In this document: piece by piece, positions 12,545 to 25,800 of the stretch | How the letters are laid out: every line of letters begins with the position of its first letter | Numbering within the stretch: the first letter of the stretch is position 1 | Assembly: GCA_028534125.1 (NCBI GenBank) | Contig: CM052817.1 | Coordinates: 43,960,001-44,024,000 of the forward strand | Direction: 5' to 3' | DNA: 64,000 nt | DNA from: Lama glama | Taxonomy: Eukaryota | Notes under the pieces: generated by a model | Database searches by the model: none | Seen by the model: the letters and a program-made list of their open reading frames with translations, nothing else | Told to the model about the DNA's origin: nothing | Translations under genes and position numbers: made by a program

Positions 12545-15065
12545 GATTCTCTCAAAACGCGGACACCAAGATGAGGGCTCATATGCTGGTAGTTTATTTG
12601 GAGAAGTGATTCCAAGAAAGCTGAGTAGGGGACTAGAAAGAATGAAATAGGGAAGGAGGGCAAGCAAAGTCAAGGATACATGATTGATCTGGTCACTGCT
12701 GTGGGCAACTGGGACATAAATCTGCCACTGACCATCTGAGGAGCTGAATAGAATGCACCTCAAAATTGTCTTCATGAGGAATAGGAGAGGAGAGAATTTG
12801 TTTATGGGTTCCCATCTCCCATGCGGGAAGTGTTACTCCATGGGTGCTAATTCCTTTTCCTATCCATGTTTGTTCACCTATCAAATCCACTAAACAGGTT
12901 CCTGCAAGTATCCTATACAATAATAGTGGAGAAATAGGGTGGGAGTGGTGCAGAAAGCAAGAGATTTGGTGGAGCTGAGACAAAGTGCTACTATTACATT
13001 TCTTTGCAACTAGCTGCCAGTGCAGTGGTGATAAGGAAATGAGAGGATGTGAGGCGGAGCACAAGAGGAATGCTCTAGCACAGTGTACCTGAGATCTGTT
13101 TGGACACATTGTTAAATCCATTTCATAACTGCCTTCTAGGTCAAGACAGGCTGTGACCTCAGCAAAACGGGACTAGAGGAACAAGTTTCACTCCACTGCT
13201 AGAACTGGTTCTGGGGCTACAGTTAATATACACCATCTTTCATCATGCATTCCAGATTTTATTTAGCTTTGCACCACCACATAGGTGGGTCTAGGTTGCT
13301 TCCCTAATGTTGGGTGACCCATACCTTCATCCCAACAAGATGTTATATGGCTACTGGGCTGTAAGTGGCTGAATTTGCCAACTCATCCCAGGGCATGAAA
13401 GAATCAAGAGCCGCCCAGTGAATCTCTTGGGTTCCAGACATGCTTCTTCCTGCTTCCCGCTGTGTAGCAGCACCCCTACTTTCTTATGGCAATATGATGA
13501 ATCTCTGCTTGCACACTAGCATTGTGAGCCCCAAGTGACCCCTTCCTGGGGGCAGCCTAAATCCAGTGCCCAGGCAATGTGTGAGTATAAAAGCCCAGTC
13601 TCAGTCTACCTCAGCAATTCTGAAGGGTCTTCCCATCTTTGAAGTTTCCCAGGGTTCCTTGGTTAAGACTGCATTGTAACCCAGCTGCTCCCTTGGTCCA
13701 TTTCTGATTCCTTTCACAGGGTTTGATTCTGAGAGCACTTGCTAAACTAATAAGCTTCCTGCACAGTAATCTCCATCTCAGAGTACGCTTCCCAAGGAAC
13801 ACGACCTGCCGTACCAATTTCAAGGGGTCATGCCAGAAGTATATGGAGAATGCCTCCAGGACTCCTTGCTAAGACTTCAAATCTTGAACCACTAGAGAGT
13901 GTCACTGTGTCAATCAATTGTTCCTGTGCAGTCTTACTCAGGTCTCTCTGGTCCAATACTTTATGATCTGCTTTCGCATGTTTTTCCAGTTCCTGGTCAT
14001 AATGTTAGCCCAGGTCTTAGAATTCTTTGGGACAGCTGTTTTCTTCTGGTGTATTTATTCCTCTACTCAGACTGTGCTGTGATGTCATCACAGTTATTGA
14101 TCAAAGTTCAAAGAGAGGAGGCATGGGTAGATCTTATGAAGGACAAGCATCGTCTTTTAAGGCACCTGCTACAAGTGAGAACTTTGCAGGTTATCTAGGC
14201 AGAGGGAGATTTTATTTCCTCTAGTAAGGGAGAGGACCCCGAGGGTTCAAGGATATCTGGGGATTCAAGCTTCTCTAGCTTTTCTACCGACTGTCCCCAT
14301 CCCAGGCTTTAGAGTCTCACTTTGAATGCACAGCCTTACTGTACTCATTGTGGCTCTGCTACTATTATGCAAATCCAGGTCCTGATCTTTAGCATAGCTT
14401 GCTCCATGGCTGCTGAAATAATGGTCATTAAACACTGCCCTGAATGTATCTGACTTTCACAGCTTATCTTGAGTTATAGTTGGCTAATCTGAACCTGTCT
14501 TTTTCTTTTTTCAAGGTGTCTAAAGTCAGTTTCGAGAACCAGACAACCCCCCCAACCCTTACTTATACTTACCATTGCATCAAACTGCTACTGCTTCCCA
14601 TGGAAGCCAATACTTCCCTTTCTCCCCTTTCTCCTGCACTTCAAATCCACCACCAGTGGAAGTGTCAACCAGCAATGGAGTGATTAGAGAGTGATTCAGG
14701 TCCAGAATCTCATCTTGAGCATTTGCTTTCTTGGGCTACTTCTGGTAATGGCTGTCTTAGCCTGAGTTTCACAAAGGGCAGAGCCTGAGAGATCTTCCTG
14801 GTATGTAGTTGATTTGGGGATGTGATCTAAATGAAAAGAAGTGGGGACTGTGAAGAGTCAAACAGGGAAGGAGGAGGACAAGCTAATTCATTGGGGAGTT
14901 CTTGAGCTGATCACTTCTGTGATCCCACCAGGAACCCTCTGAGGAGCCTGTAAAACGCACCTGAGAAGGTCCACCTGAGGAGTGGAAGAGAAGATTTATC
15001 CAATGGCTCCTAGACCCTCTTGGTCAAAGTTATGTACCTGAATGTTAACTCTCTCATGCACTCAG
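12545..15065 (-). mobile_element. Degraded ERVL (LTR33/LTR16-class) provirus remnant: two LTRs (~12545-13090, ~14752-15065) with internal fragments and a plus-strand LTR16-like piece (~13540-13810)
   Basis: Two mutually similar blocks start tagtttatttggagaagtgat and tagttgatttggggatgtgat. Internal ERVL-like text lies between them. An LTR16-type 3' end (aataagcttcctgcacagtaatctccatctcagagt) is at ~13750. Confidence 0.55.
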
Positions 15066-15304
15066 GCTTAGCTTTTCTCTTCAAATATGACATGATAAGG
15101 GATCTTGAACTTCTGTTGAAGCAAATCAAGGGAATATACTTAAAATTACAACAGCAAATTATAAAGTCTTATTAAAATAAATTTAAACACAGTACTGTGT
15201 TTTCTAAGCATGTTGTATATACTTGTATTCCTTTATTTGTGGCTCGTGGCAAATACGTGAATTAATATAAAAACTAGAATTTACTGTTACATGGTTTGTC
15301 ATGA

Positions 15305-15465
15305 ACCAAGTACTGTTATGTGCTTTATGTACATTAATTTATTTAATCTTTACAACAATTCCATAAAACGTGTTCTGTAATTCTCTTAATTTTCCAGGTG
15401 AGGAAACTGAGACCCAGAGAGGTAAGTAATCCAATAGCTCTGTGATCTTGGTGCAGGAAACAGGA
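15305..15465 (-). mobile_element. MIR SINE
   Basis: MIR core in antisense: atttaatctttacaacaa...gtgaggaaactgagacccagagaggtaagtaa. Confidence 0.75.
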
Positions 15466-15909
15466 AGGCGCTCTGCGGCAGTTCCAGGCTAGAGTGCAAG
15501 TGGCCCTTCCCGTCGGGCCACAGGGCTCTGCGGACCTGTGGTGTCAGAGGTCCAGCTGCTATTTCACAACAGGAGTGGGAAGGAATGTATTTGGCCCCCA
15601 GGAGTATACTTGGGGAATTCTCAGTATTCTCTTGCCCCATTTTGCTGTTAAATTGGCCTGAAACCATGGTCTAGAACCAGGTTCTAGGTCAGCCATCAAG
15701 ACCAGCAGAGGATGAGAGGTAGCTGAGGGTGAGTGGATTGTGCAGGAGGCAGCTGACGAGTGTCACTTGTGGTCCCAGAACAGCTGCAACAGAAAAGGCT
15801 GTAGTTCATCTCACTAACCTTTCCCTTGTAAGATTCGGTGGGGGGCAGGATGGAGGTGGTTTCAGAATGTATTATACAAAGCAAGTGGCTCTGAGTGGCC
15901 CCTGGGAAC

Positions 15910-16310
15910 GTTGTGGTGTATGGCTCTGATTCCCCTCTCCAGAACCGAGACACTCCTTTTCTCATCTGCTGGGAGTGGACTCTCCACTGAGATGCCCTCC
16001 CTGATAATTACCCTGGGCTGAGGAGGGAAAGCTGCTTTGCCCAAGGTCATGCCCAGTGCCAGGAGGGGACATCTGTCTGCAGCCAATGCCTGGCAAATGG
16101 GTTATTAAGACTTAGCCCACTCACATCAATGTATGCTAATTCCGAAGGGACATGCCAGCTCCAGAGCCCCCATGGGAGCGACTAACGCCTTTGTTGTGAC
16201 TGCATTGCTTCCTTCACTTCCCAAATTTGGTCCTGAGCATGCTCCAGAAAACTTCCTGAATGCCAGTTTTCATCTAAAAATTCATTTCCTGGGTATCCAC
16301 ATTTGTAGGT
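15910..16310 (+). mobile_element. LTR16-type ERVL solo LTR
   Basis: Similar to the copy at 46900-47313 (gctgaggagggaaagctgctttgcccaaggtcatgccc...gccaatg). Confidence 0.55.
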
Positions 16311-16565
16311 ATTATAGGGGGTGCTCTTGGATTATAGAAATCTCATTACCAAAAACTGTAGTACATGGCATGTAAGATAAATTCCTAATATGTATGTGTG
16401 TGTCTGTGTATTTCATAAATATATACCAATCACTTAAAGCTCTACAAAACATAGGAGTAAATATGTAGGCCTTAGTTAAAAGGTCAGTGTAGGTCAAATG
16501 TTATTTACGGGGATTTTTGATGTCTCCATGTGGATTAGGTTTAGTTGCATCTTTAATAAAGGATT

Positions 16566-17093
16566 GTATGAGTCAGGAGTCAGCTGAAAAAAACCAGAAA
16601 CTGTTCTATTTCAATCAAGATGAATATAGGGAGTGAGTAAACAGGAGAGGGAAAAATCAAGTCAGAATGAGTGGTGAGGTAAACCGAAGATGAGCAACAA
16701 CATCCAGCAGCCACTGAAACCTTTAAGCCATGGAAATCAGCAGGAGTTGCAGTAAACAGATCCAAGAAAGTGGGTCTACCTACCAGGAGCTAGAACCATG
16801 GCAGGGGCTGCCTGCAGGAAGTGTCATCACAAAGGGAGGGATTGTCTTTTGCAGGCTGGGATCACAAAGAAGACTCAGTCTGCTGGAAATGCTATCTATA
16901 GCAGTAAAAGGAAAATACCATGACTTTACCTCCCCTCTTCCCTCCAGTTTTCCACCGTGTCTCTCATTGGCTGAACCTAACTAGAAGTGATTGGCAAAGA
17001 AGGTTGGAAAATAGTGCAGCCTATGGTACATTTAGAATAGAGCAGTGGCGGGGAATGCGTGTGGGAGCACACACGAAAATCATTAGCACACAC
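16566..17093. mobile_element. Ancient ERVL-class LTR (subfamily uncertain); related to 21473-22007
   Basis: Starts tgtatgagtcagga and contains ctctcattggctgaacctaactagaag, a motif common in old ERVL LTRs. Confidence 0.4.
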
Positions 17094-17175
17094 TGCTATT
17101 TTCACTACTCAGCATCCATTCTCATGCTTCTAACTGTTTTATTTTCTTTTTAAGAATCACTTTATTTGCACCATC

Positions 17176-19290
17176 TTTTATTGTATGGTAAAAAAAAAAC
17201 ACATCATAAAACGTACTGTCTTAACCACTTTTAAGTGTTCAGTTCAGTAAGTATTAAGTATATTTACATTCTTGTGCATCAACAAATTTCTCAAGCTTTT
17301 TCATCCTGCAAAATTGAAACTCTATACCCATTGAATAGCAACTCACCAGTTTCCACTCCCCAAACCCTGTGGCCACCACCATTCTACATTCTGTTCCTAA
17401 GAATTTGTGTACTTTAGATACATCATATGAGTGGAATACAGTGTTTATCTTTTTGTGACTAGTTTATTTCACTTAGTATAATGTCAAGGTTCACCTATGT
17501 TGTAGCATGTTAAATTTCCTTCTTTTTAAAGGCTGAATAATATTCCATTGTGTGTATATACCACATTTTGCTCATCCATTCATCTGTTCATGGACACTTG
17601 GGTTGCTTCCACATTTTAGCAATTGCTATGAACATGGCTATACAAGTATCTCCTTGAGAGCCTGCTTTCAATTCTTTTGGGTCTATATTCAGAAGTGGAA
17701 TTGCTGAATTATATGATAATTCTATTTTTAGTTTTTTGAGGAACTGCCATACTATTTTTCATATTCCCACCGATAGGCAGAAAGGTTCCGGTTTCTCCAC
17801 ATCCTCACCAATACTTGTTTTCTGCTTTTTTTTTTTTTATAGTAGTTATTTTAATGGTCGTAATATCTCACTGTAGTTTTGATTTTCATTTCCCTAGTTA
17901 TTAGTGATCTTGAGCTTCTTTTCATTAGCTTCCTTGGAAAAAAAGAAGATATACAAGCAGCTATTCAAGTCTTTTGCCTACTTTTAATTAGGTTGTTTGT
18001 TTTTTTGTTACTGTGTTTTAGGAGTTCTCTATATATCCTGGATATTAATCCCTTATTAGGCATGTGATTTGCAGATACTTTCTCCCATTCTGTGGACTGC
18101 CTTTTTATTCTTTTGGTAGTGTCCTCTGATGCATGAAAGTTTTTCATTTGGATGACATTCAGTTCACCTATTTTTGCTTTTGTTGCCTCTGCCTTTGGTG
18201 TCTTATCTAGGAAATCATTGCCCAATGTAATATTGTAAAGATTTTGCCCTATATTTCCTTCTAAAAGTTTTGGGGCTTTAGGTCTTACATTTAGGATTCT
18301 GATCCATTTTTAGTTATTTTTCATATATGATGTTAAGTAAAATCCAACTTCATTCTTTTATATTGGATGTGCAGTTTTCCCAGCACTATTTGTTGAAAAG
18401 ACTGCTTTTTTACCATTGAATGGTCTTGGCGCCCTTGTCAAAAATCATTTGACCATTTATGGGGGAGGTTATTCCTGGACTCTATTCTGTTCCATTGGTC
18501 TTATATGTCTATCTTTATGCCAGTACCATAGTGTTTTGATTACTGCTGCTTTTTAATAAGTTTTGAAATCAGAAATTATAAATCTTCCTGCTTTGTTCTT
18601 TTTTCCCCCAAGAGTGTTTTGGCTATTTGGTGTCCCTTGAAATTCCATATAAATTTTAGAATGGGTTTTTCTATTTCTGAAAACAAAAAGTTGAGATTTT
18701 GATAGGGATTGCATTGACTCTATAGATCACTTTTGATAATATAGACATTTTAACAATATGAAGTCTTCCAATCCATGAACATGGAATATCTTTCCATTGA
18801 TTTATGTCTTCTTGAATTTCTTTTAGCAATAGTTTGCAGTTTTCATTGCATAAGTATTTACCTAATTTACTGTTAGTATTTACTGTCTCACTGTTAAGTA
18901 AATTCTTAAGTATTTTATTTTTATGCTATTATTAAATGGAATAATTTTCATGTTTTCAGATTGTTACTTGTGAATGTATAGAGTTGTAACTCATTTTTGT
19001 GTATTGATTTTATATTGTTACTTTGCTGGATTCATTTATTAGTTCTAACAGTTTGTGTGTAATCTTCAGAGTTTTCTACATGTAAGGGTATCATCTGCAA
19101 ATAGATACTGTCTGTAAATATCATCTACACATAAAGGTATCATCTTATTTCCTCCTTTCCAAGTTAGATGCCTTTTATTTCTTTTTCTTGCTTAATCTCA
19201 CTGACTAGAACTTCCATTATTATGCTGAATAGAAGTGGTGAAAGTGGGCGTCCCTCCCTTGTTCCTGATTTTTAAAGGAAAAGCCATACT
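17176..19290 (-). mobile_element. L1MB-type LINE-1, 3' UTR plus ORF2 3' part
   Basis: The minus-strand ORF remnant GNDFLDKTPKAEATKAKI...KRQSTEWEKVSANHMPNKGLISRIYREL is L1 ORF2p. Canonical L1 3'-end text is present. Confidence 0.9.
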
Positions 19291-20075
19291 TTCCCATTTA
19301 TTTGTATGGCTTTTGATTTTTTTGTTGAAAACTGTGTATTTAAATGTGATAATGTGGCAATTCTGGAAATCAGATATTCCCCTTTCCTAGGGTTTACTAT
19401 TTCTGTTATTGTTTTTGGTTTTTCTATTGTTGTAAACTGTCTGTGTGCCAAGGATGAGCCTGAAGTGTAAACTTAAAGTCTTCTTATGTCTTTTCTGAGC
19501 CCGCATCTTTCCCTAGGCATACATAATCACTTTCTAATTTTACCTGTAAATGCAGTTGATTTTGAATGTCCTAGTCTTTATTATTTGGATCCAAAAATGG
19601 GAAAAAGAGAAAAATGAAGTGAGAGGAAGGGCACCAGCCCTTTGAATTTTCTGGAAGTCACTTCAGTCAGAGGAGGAGGGGCTTGCAACAATGAGGGGTG
19701 GTGCAGCAGCGTTGTCGGCCTATTTCTTTGTCTGCACCTTTGTGAATCAGAGGCAGCAGTTGGCAGTCAGAGTCCAGAACCCCAATATTAGAAAGACTGG
19801 GTCCTTTTTGCTCACCCTGCCTCTTACAAGCTGTGTGCTGGCTGCTCCAGGAATAGGCACACAATGCCTGCCATGTGGCTGGGGGTGGGGTAACTGCTAC
19901 TATGCTAAGAACTGACATTGACCAAAATTAATCAGACTTTCCCTTCCAGGCCTTTCCCTGGAAACTTCAAGTCTCCAATAGTTCCAGGAGACAGATTCTG
20001 CCAGAGCAATTGTTGCTTAGGTGGGGAGACAGATTCATGGTACTTTCTACTCTGCCATCTTCCTAGAATCCTTCT
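19291..20075 (-). mobile_element. Old L1M 5'-region fragment
   Basis: Contains gtggcaattctggaaatcagatattcccc and ends tctactctgccatcttcc, typical of antisense L1M 5' ends. Confidence 0.55.
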
Positions 20076-20312
20076 TCACTTCTAACCATTTTTAACTTCA
20101 ATATAACTACAGCCTAATGCTGCTATATAACAGGAGTCAACTATCCTTTATCTGAATAGGCTCCTGTAGTTGTATTTCTTAATACTGTGGCAAAAGAATA
20201 TCTTCTGGGCCCTTCAAGGTGAGTGTATGTTTGGGAGTGGCTCAACAGTTTGCACATTATGAACCCATTCCAAATCCTAATCTCTAGGATTCTCCAAACT
20301 CCTTTACCTATG

Positions 20313-20454
20313 CCTGTGGTCCCCAGTATGGTAGCCACTAGCCTTGCATGGTTATTGAGCACTTGAAGTGATAGTTAAGAAAATTTATTGGATTAAAATA
20401 TGGGTACTAGAAAACTAGATATTACATATGTGGCTCATATTTCTGACAGCACTG
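20313..20454. mobile_element. MER3/MER33-like hAT-Charlie fossil
   Basis: ccagtatggtagccactagcc...tggttattgagcacttgaa...gacagcactg. Confidence 0.6.
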
Positions 20455-20661
20455 TTCTTCAATATGCTAAGCAAGTTCTGCCGTCTCTACTTCACACCTC
20501 TTAGGCATTATTTTACTAACTTAATAGGTGGCTAGTGCCACCCCCTGGTTCTTCAACCAACACATTTGATCCTAAATCCCAGCCAGGTGTACCTATGTCA
20601 ATAAATTCAGCCTGATTCAATCTTCTGAATTTCATTCTCCTGAATAGTCTTAGAATATATT

Positions 20662-20970
20662 CTGCTGTGGTCTGAATGACTCTGTCACTATAGAATTCAT
20701 ATATTTAAATCCTAACCCTCAAAGTTCATGTTATTAGGGTGTAGTGCCTTTGGAAGGGGCTTAGGCCATGAGGGTGGATCCCTCACGAATGGGATTAGTG
20801 CATTACAAAAAAATCTGCAGAACCCCTGTTTCTTCACCATGGGAGGACACAGCAAGAAGGTGCCAGCTATGAACCAGGAAGGGAGCCCTCACCAGAAGGT
20901 GACCATACTGGTGCCTTGATCTTGAACTTCCAGCCTCCAGAGCTACGAGAAATCCCTGTAGTTTATAAGG
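20662..20970 (+). mobile_element. MLT1A-type MaLR LTR (3'-truncated)
   Basis: tgctgtggtctgaatg...catgagggtggatccctcacgaatgggattagtgc...gaacttccagcctccaga. Confidence 0.8.
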
Positions 20971-21472
20971 GCCCTTATCTTAGCATAAAATCCCTGATAG
21001 GACTATACATTTAGGTAATGTTGCAACTTTTCCATCTAGATTATCAAGTTTTGGGCCTGATTCTCAGCTATGTCTGCTCTATGGCTATAGGGCTTACGGA
21101 ATGTGGCTACTTTGCTTAAGGTTTTGCATTAAAAGTTTAAGGCATTAGGCTTGTCTTTTTCCTTGTGTACACTCTTCAGGGCAGTCAGAAGCATCCATGC
21201 CATCTAGTAATTCTTGTTAATCATAATTATTATCATAATGGTCAGTGCATCAGTTACTTGACCAAAGCCTTGTTATCACCTTGTATCATGTCTCATTAAA
21301 CCACAGCTTATTCAATAATTATGATGCCACTGCATGCCACAACTTACTAGTGTTCATTTATTGCCTATAAACATATTTTCACTGCGTTCGTGGTCAGGCA
21401 GACATCAAACAGTCTTAAGAGTTCCATGTTGAATATCAGCTTCCTGCCACTGTTCCTGGTACCAAGAGCTGT

Positions 21473-22007
21473 ATCAGTAAGGAGCCATTCAGAAAAATAG
21501 AAATTACTTTGGGCACTGCAAACAGAAGAAATTTAGTGCAGGGGATTGTTTACACAAGTAATGGAAGAACTAGGAACCAAATAAAAAGGTACTAAGGCAA
21601 TATTGAAATAGGAAAAGCAGGAAACTGTTACCACCGTTTGGGTGGATGGAGTGTAAAGAGGACAGAGTACCACCAGGGCTTAGAAGCTGAGCCTTCTAGT
21701 GGGAGCTGGCACCTCTTGGTGGCTGTCTTGTGAGATCTGAAATCTATTGGAATGATTAGCCCATGGGAACTGGTGTTATGGAGGAAGCATAGCCAATGCC
21801 AGAGATGCCTCCAAAGCAGAGGAAGAGAGGGCAGAACACTTTGACTTCTCTCTCCCACTCCCAAGTAATCCAGCAAGACTTCCCATTTGGCACACTTTCT
21901 CAGAGCCACTTATCAAGGGACCTTGGGAAATGTAAACCCTGAGATACAGGCAGAACTAGGGAAGGATGAGAATGAATCTAAGAGTAAGCAGGCAAATGAC
22001 TAGCACA
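21473..22007. mobile_element. Ancient ERVL-class LTR with adjacent internal fragment (~21030-21470)
   Basis: tgtatcagt...gactagcaca ends, similarity to 16566-17093, and a preceding PBS-like cctggtacca. Confidence 0.4.
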
Positions 22008-22721
22008 AGAAGTATATCCCTTTCTTGTAATTATGTACACATTTGGTGCTGTAGGTGGATTCATAAAGATGATACAGCACAGACCTTACTTCAGTAAAGC
22101 TTGCAATTATATGGCTGTATTTATATGTCACTAGTAGTAACAGCATGAATGCCAGATGAATCTTATGTAATCCTAGCATTTATCTCCTGGTAGAGCTACA
22201 TATATAGATATAGATACAGATACAGACATCCTCATGCATATCATCTTATGAGAGGCATGAAATTACTTAAAGTAGCAAGCTTTTGAATAAGACTCTACCT
22301 AAGTATTTTCCCCATATTGACTACTTTATTCAGTATTTTACTTGTTAATTGTGAAAATAAGGAAACCCAAACAACATACACCTTCCCTCCCGTAAGCTTG
22401 GCTTTCTTTTGTAATTTACAACTACACAGCCAAGACAATTTATCTAAATTTAGTGGACCACACATGATGTGTGAAAATGAGATACTAAACATACGGAGAG
22501 GAAATAGAATGGAGAATCCTGCTTTGAGATATTCATTTCTGTGGAAACTTTAATCCTTATTTTTAGTATTTCCACATCTACAAAATAGTCTATGGGGGGT
22601 GGAAAGGGAACTATTTTCTTTTGTTTTAAGAGTGTTATTCTAGATAGCAAATACTCTTGCCAAACATTTTTCTTGCACCCTTAATATAAGTTTGTGAAAT
22701 GTATTTGTCAAAAATCATAGA

Positions 22722-22810
22722 GGGGGTGAGTATAGCTCCGTAGTAGAGTGCATGCTTAGCATAGCATGCACAAGGTCCTGGGTTCAATCCCCAGTACCGC
22801 CATTAAAAAA
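22722..22810 (+). mobile_element. tRNA(Ala)-derived camelid SINE (Vic-1-like)
   Basis: gggggtgagtatagctccgtagtagagtgcatgcttagc...ggtcctgggttcaatccccagtacc plus an A tail. A-box and B-box are present, with imperfect TSDs aaaaatcataga / agaaatcagata. Confidence 0.8.
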
Positions 22811-25800
22811 GAAATCAGATAAGTTTGGAAAGTTTACATTCTATACCGAGTTAAAAAAAAAGACATTATTTTTTTAAAATTAATTGTTTTTTATTGAGTT
22901 ATAGTCAGTTTACAATGTTGTGTCAATATGTTTTGAATGTGTGAATTCTCTACCCTGTGGTTCAGGCATGGACCCAGTGATCCACATAACATCTTCCTCT
23001 TTTTGCCCAGCAGATGAGGAAAGATTTGCTAGAGAGGCTGACGGCGTGAGAATGTACTACTTCTCTTACCCCTCCAGATTGGGTTTCTCCACAACACAAC
23101 TGGCCAAGCAGTTATTTCTGAAGAGTCTTGGATGCTATCCACATGACCACGTTCTCACTTTTACATAGTAATGCCTCCCAGGAGAACCAAGGGGATATCT
23201 TTGGGAATCACCACAAAATATTTCACTTTCTAAACTCACCATCTACAAATTATGTGACACTGAATACTGGATTCAGTGTGAACATGGCAAAAGATGAATG
23301 TTTCTCCCACTGTCCTGTTGCAGGCCAGCTCGTAGCCATGCTTTTTGGGGGGTGAAAAAAAGGCATTAAGCCATCAGGAAATGCATAGGCTAAGGGAGGG
23401 ATGTGAGAGGATACCAAAAATTAGGTTCCTTTTGCAACTTCCCATTTTTGGAGGGTGGAGTAGCTTTTTATCATCTTTGCATAGGGCCCTCAATAAAATG
23501 TTTATTAAATAAATTCATTAAAGAAGACTTAGAAGTATGACAGCCCTTCAAATATTTGAAAATTGTTATCATATGTGAGAGGAATTACTGAGCCTCTCTT
23601 TAACAGCCACCCTTTGCTCTTAGTTTTCCTCCCTTTAAAGACACACAGAACAATGAATGGGAGAGTTTTAAAATTATTAGAAGTGTTTGAAAACTGACCA
23701 CAAAGAGATTTCCTTGCAACTACTTCTGGAAACACCATAGGAGAAAATATGATTTCTGTAGACAGTCAGTCTAGACGACCATTAACTGGCCTCCCAACTC
23801 TGGCAGTTAGAATCATAGACTCTTCATTTTTCATTATTGTTCAATAGTTAATGTTTATGTTCATTAATAAAAATATCTTCAAAGTATGCAAAGAATTAAA
23901 ATACAACTGAGACTGAAGGAAATATAATGGCCAATTTATTTATTTGAATAATTGAATAAGTAGCTCAACTCTTGACATAATTAAGCCTCTTTCATTCTGT
24001 GAAAAGTTCATTTGATTCTATTACCCTCTCATCTTGAAAGAGAAGATGAAAGGAAGGAAGGAAGGAGGAAATGGAAATAACAAATCTGACAATGAAGGAA
24101 AGGAAAACTCTTGTTCCTTGTTTCCCTGTTGGCTCAGTCACTCTTTAGACCCTCTGGACCTGGAGAGAAGCAGGTTAATGGAATAGGGGGTCCAGAAGCC
24201 CAGAGGTGGTTGGCCAACTTCAGACATCAAATCAATGACCTCAGTCCTTATTTCCCTCCACCCTTCCATCACATTCACTCATGATAATCATCAATTTCTT
24301 CTGAAAAATTCCATTCTCTTGGCCTTTGTGAACCTTCAGAAGAGTTGAAAAAGACTCAGGGGAAATCACGTCTCCCCTGTCTGTTCCGTTTCTTTCTCTC
24401 TTCACTACTTTTGAATTATTCAAAGCATCAGCCCTACTTCCTTTCCTTTTCGTTATGCCACCATTCCCACCTACATGACCCCTAATGTCTATCTCCACCC
24501 CTAGTCTCCTTCTTTGTTTTTAGTCCTCTATTTCTGATCACCTCTTTGGAAATTCTTGGATACACCTAATTTCACTATATTCCAAATTAAATGAATCTTT
24601 CCATCACTAGTCCTGTTCCTCCTCTCGGTTTTTCAGGTGGGGTGAGTAAAGGATTCCAGTCAAGATGACTCTAAGGTTTGGGGAACTATGGAAAGAAAGA
24701 TGTTAGTCAGACGTATGACAGGTAGGACTTGATATCTTTCTCCTCTCCATTTCATTAAGCACAAACCCATTATTACTGATTTAATTTGTAGAAAAAGTCA
24801 TTGGTAATCTCTTTATGTACTGTGCTGTTTTATAGTTTAATTTGTAAGGGACTTATATACTAAACTAAATCTGTCAACTCTGCTTATGTTCTAGGCTCTT
24901 AAATGTCTCAAATTCAACTTCTTTCACTTTGTAGGTATTTAGGAACTTATTCTCCACAGTTGGGAGGCAGTGTATTTGTGAGCTTGCTGTAATAGATTAT
25001 GGACAATGAAAAAATAATCAAGGGTGGGATTCATAAAAATGGAAAACTTATCAAGGCATTAATTGAACCTACATCTCCTTGAATCTCTCCTTTATATACT
25101 TCCCCCTCAAATTCCCAACCACAGTGGATGGGTTTTGTTATTGGCCTATACGGAACATCTTTTTTCTCTAATATTATCTGGGGATATTCTCTGACCTGAG
25201 TGCATTCTGCATACAAATGGAATGACTGGAAATGGCTCTTTGTCTGACAGGCTGAACTATGTTTTAAACACCTGCTGTCTAAATACATATTAAGGAAGCT
25301 CCTCCAAGTACATGCCACTGGTCTATCCGTGGAAATACTCAGCTGTCTGGAAGGACAAGTGTTGTGTCACATGAGCTCTCAGTGTCTCTTGCCGCATCCT
25401 GAAAACAAATATAAGAGAGAGAAATAAGAACTCCTTTCAGCATACATGCCAAAGTGCCTTATGTTACAGCTTTTAAAAGCATGTAGCATATTTATTTGTT
25501 TGCCAGAATTAGGCAATTACTATACAAGATTCTGATCTTGTCTGAAACTGCAGTAGTGGGACTGTCATCTTCTAATGGAATTGTGTAATCATGGGCCACC
25601 AGTCTTTCTCTAGTGACAGTGCACCATGTCTTTTCAGGGATGCAAGGAGGGGGATCTTGGTGGGAAGAAGAAGTAGGAGAAATGTGTGCTTGTTCTCCCT
25701 TCCTATTCCCTTTATCTGTGACTTAGGAGGTGCAAAGACGAGGGTCTGGGATGACTTTGGGAGCAAATACAGTGAAGAAATGAGAGAAATGAAAGGGTTG

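Noticed and set aside
22722..22802. Possible tRNA-Ala gene
   Set aside because: The duplication in the anticodon arm, the mismatched stems, the A tail and the TSD-like flanks indicate a SINE.
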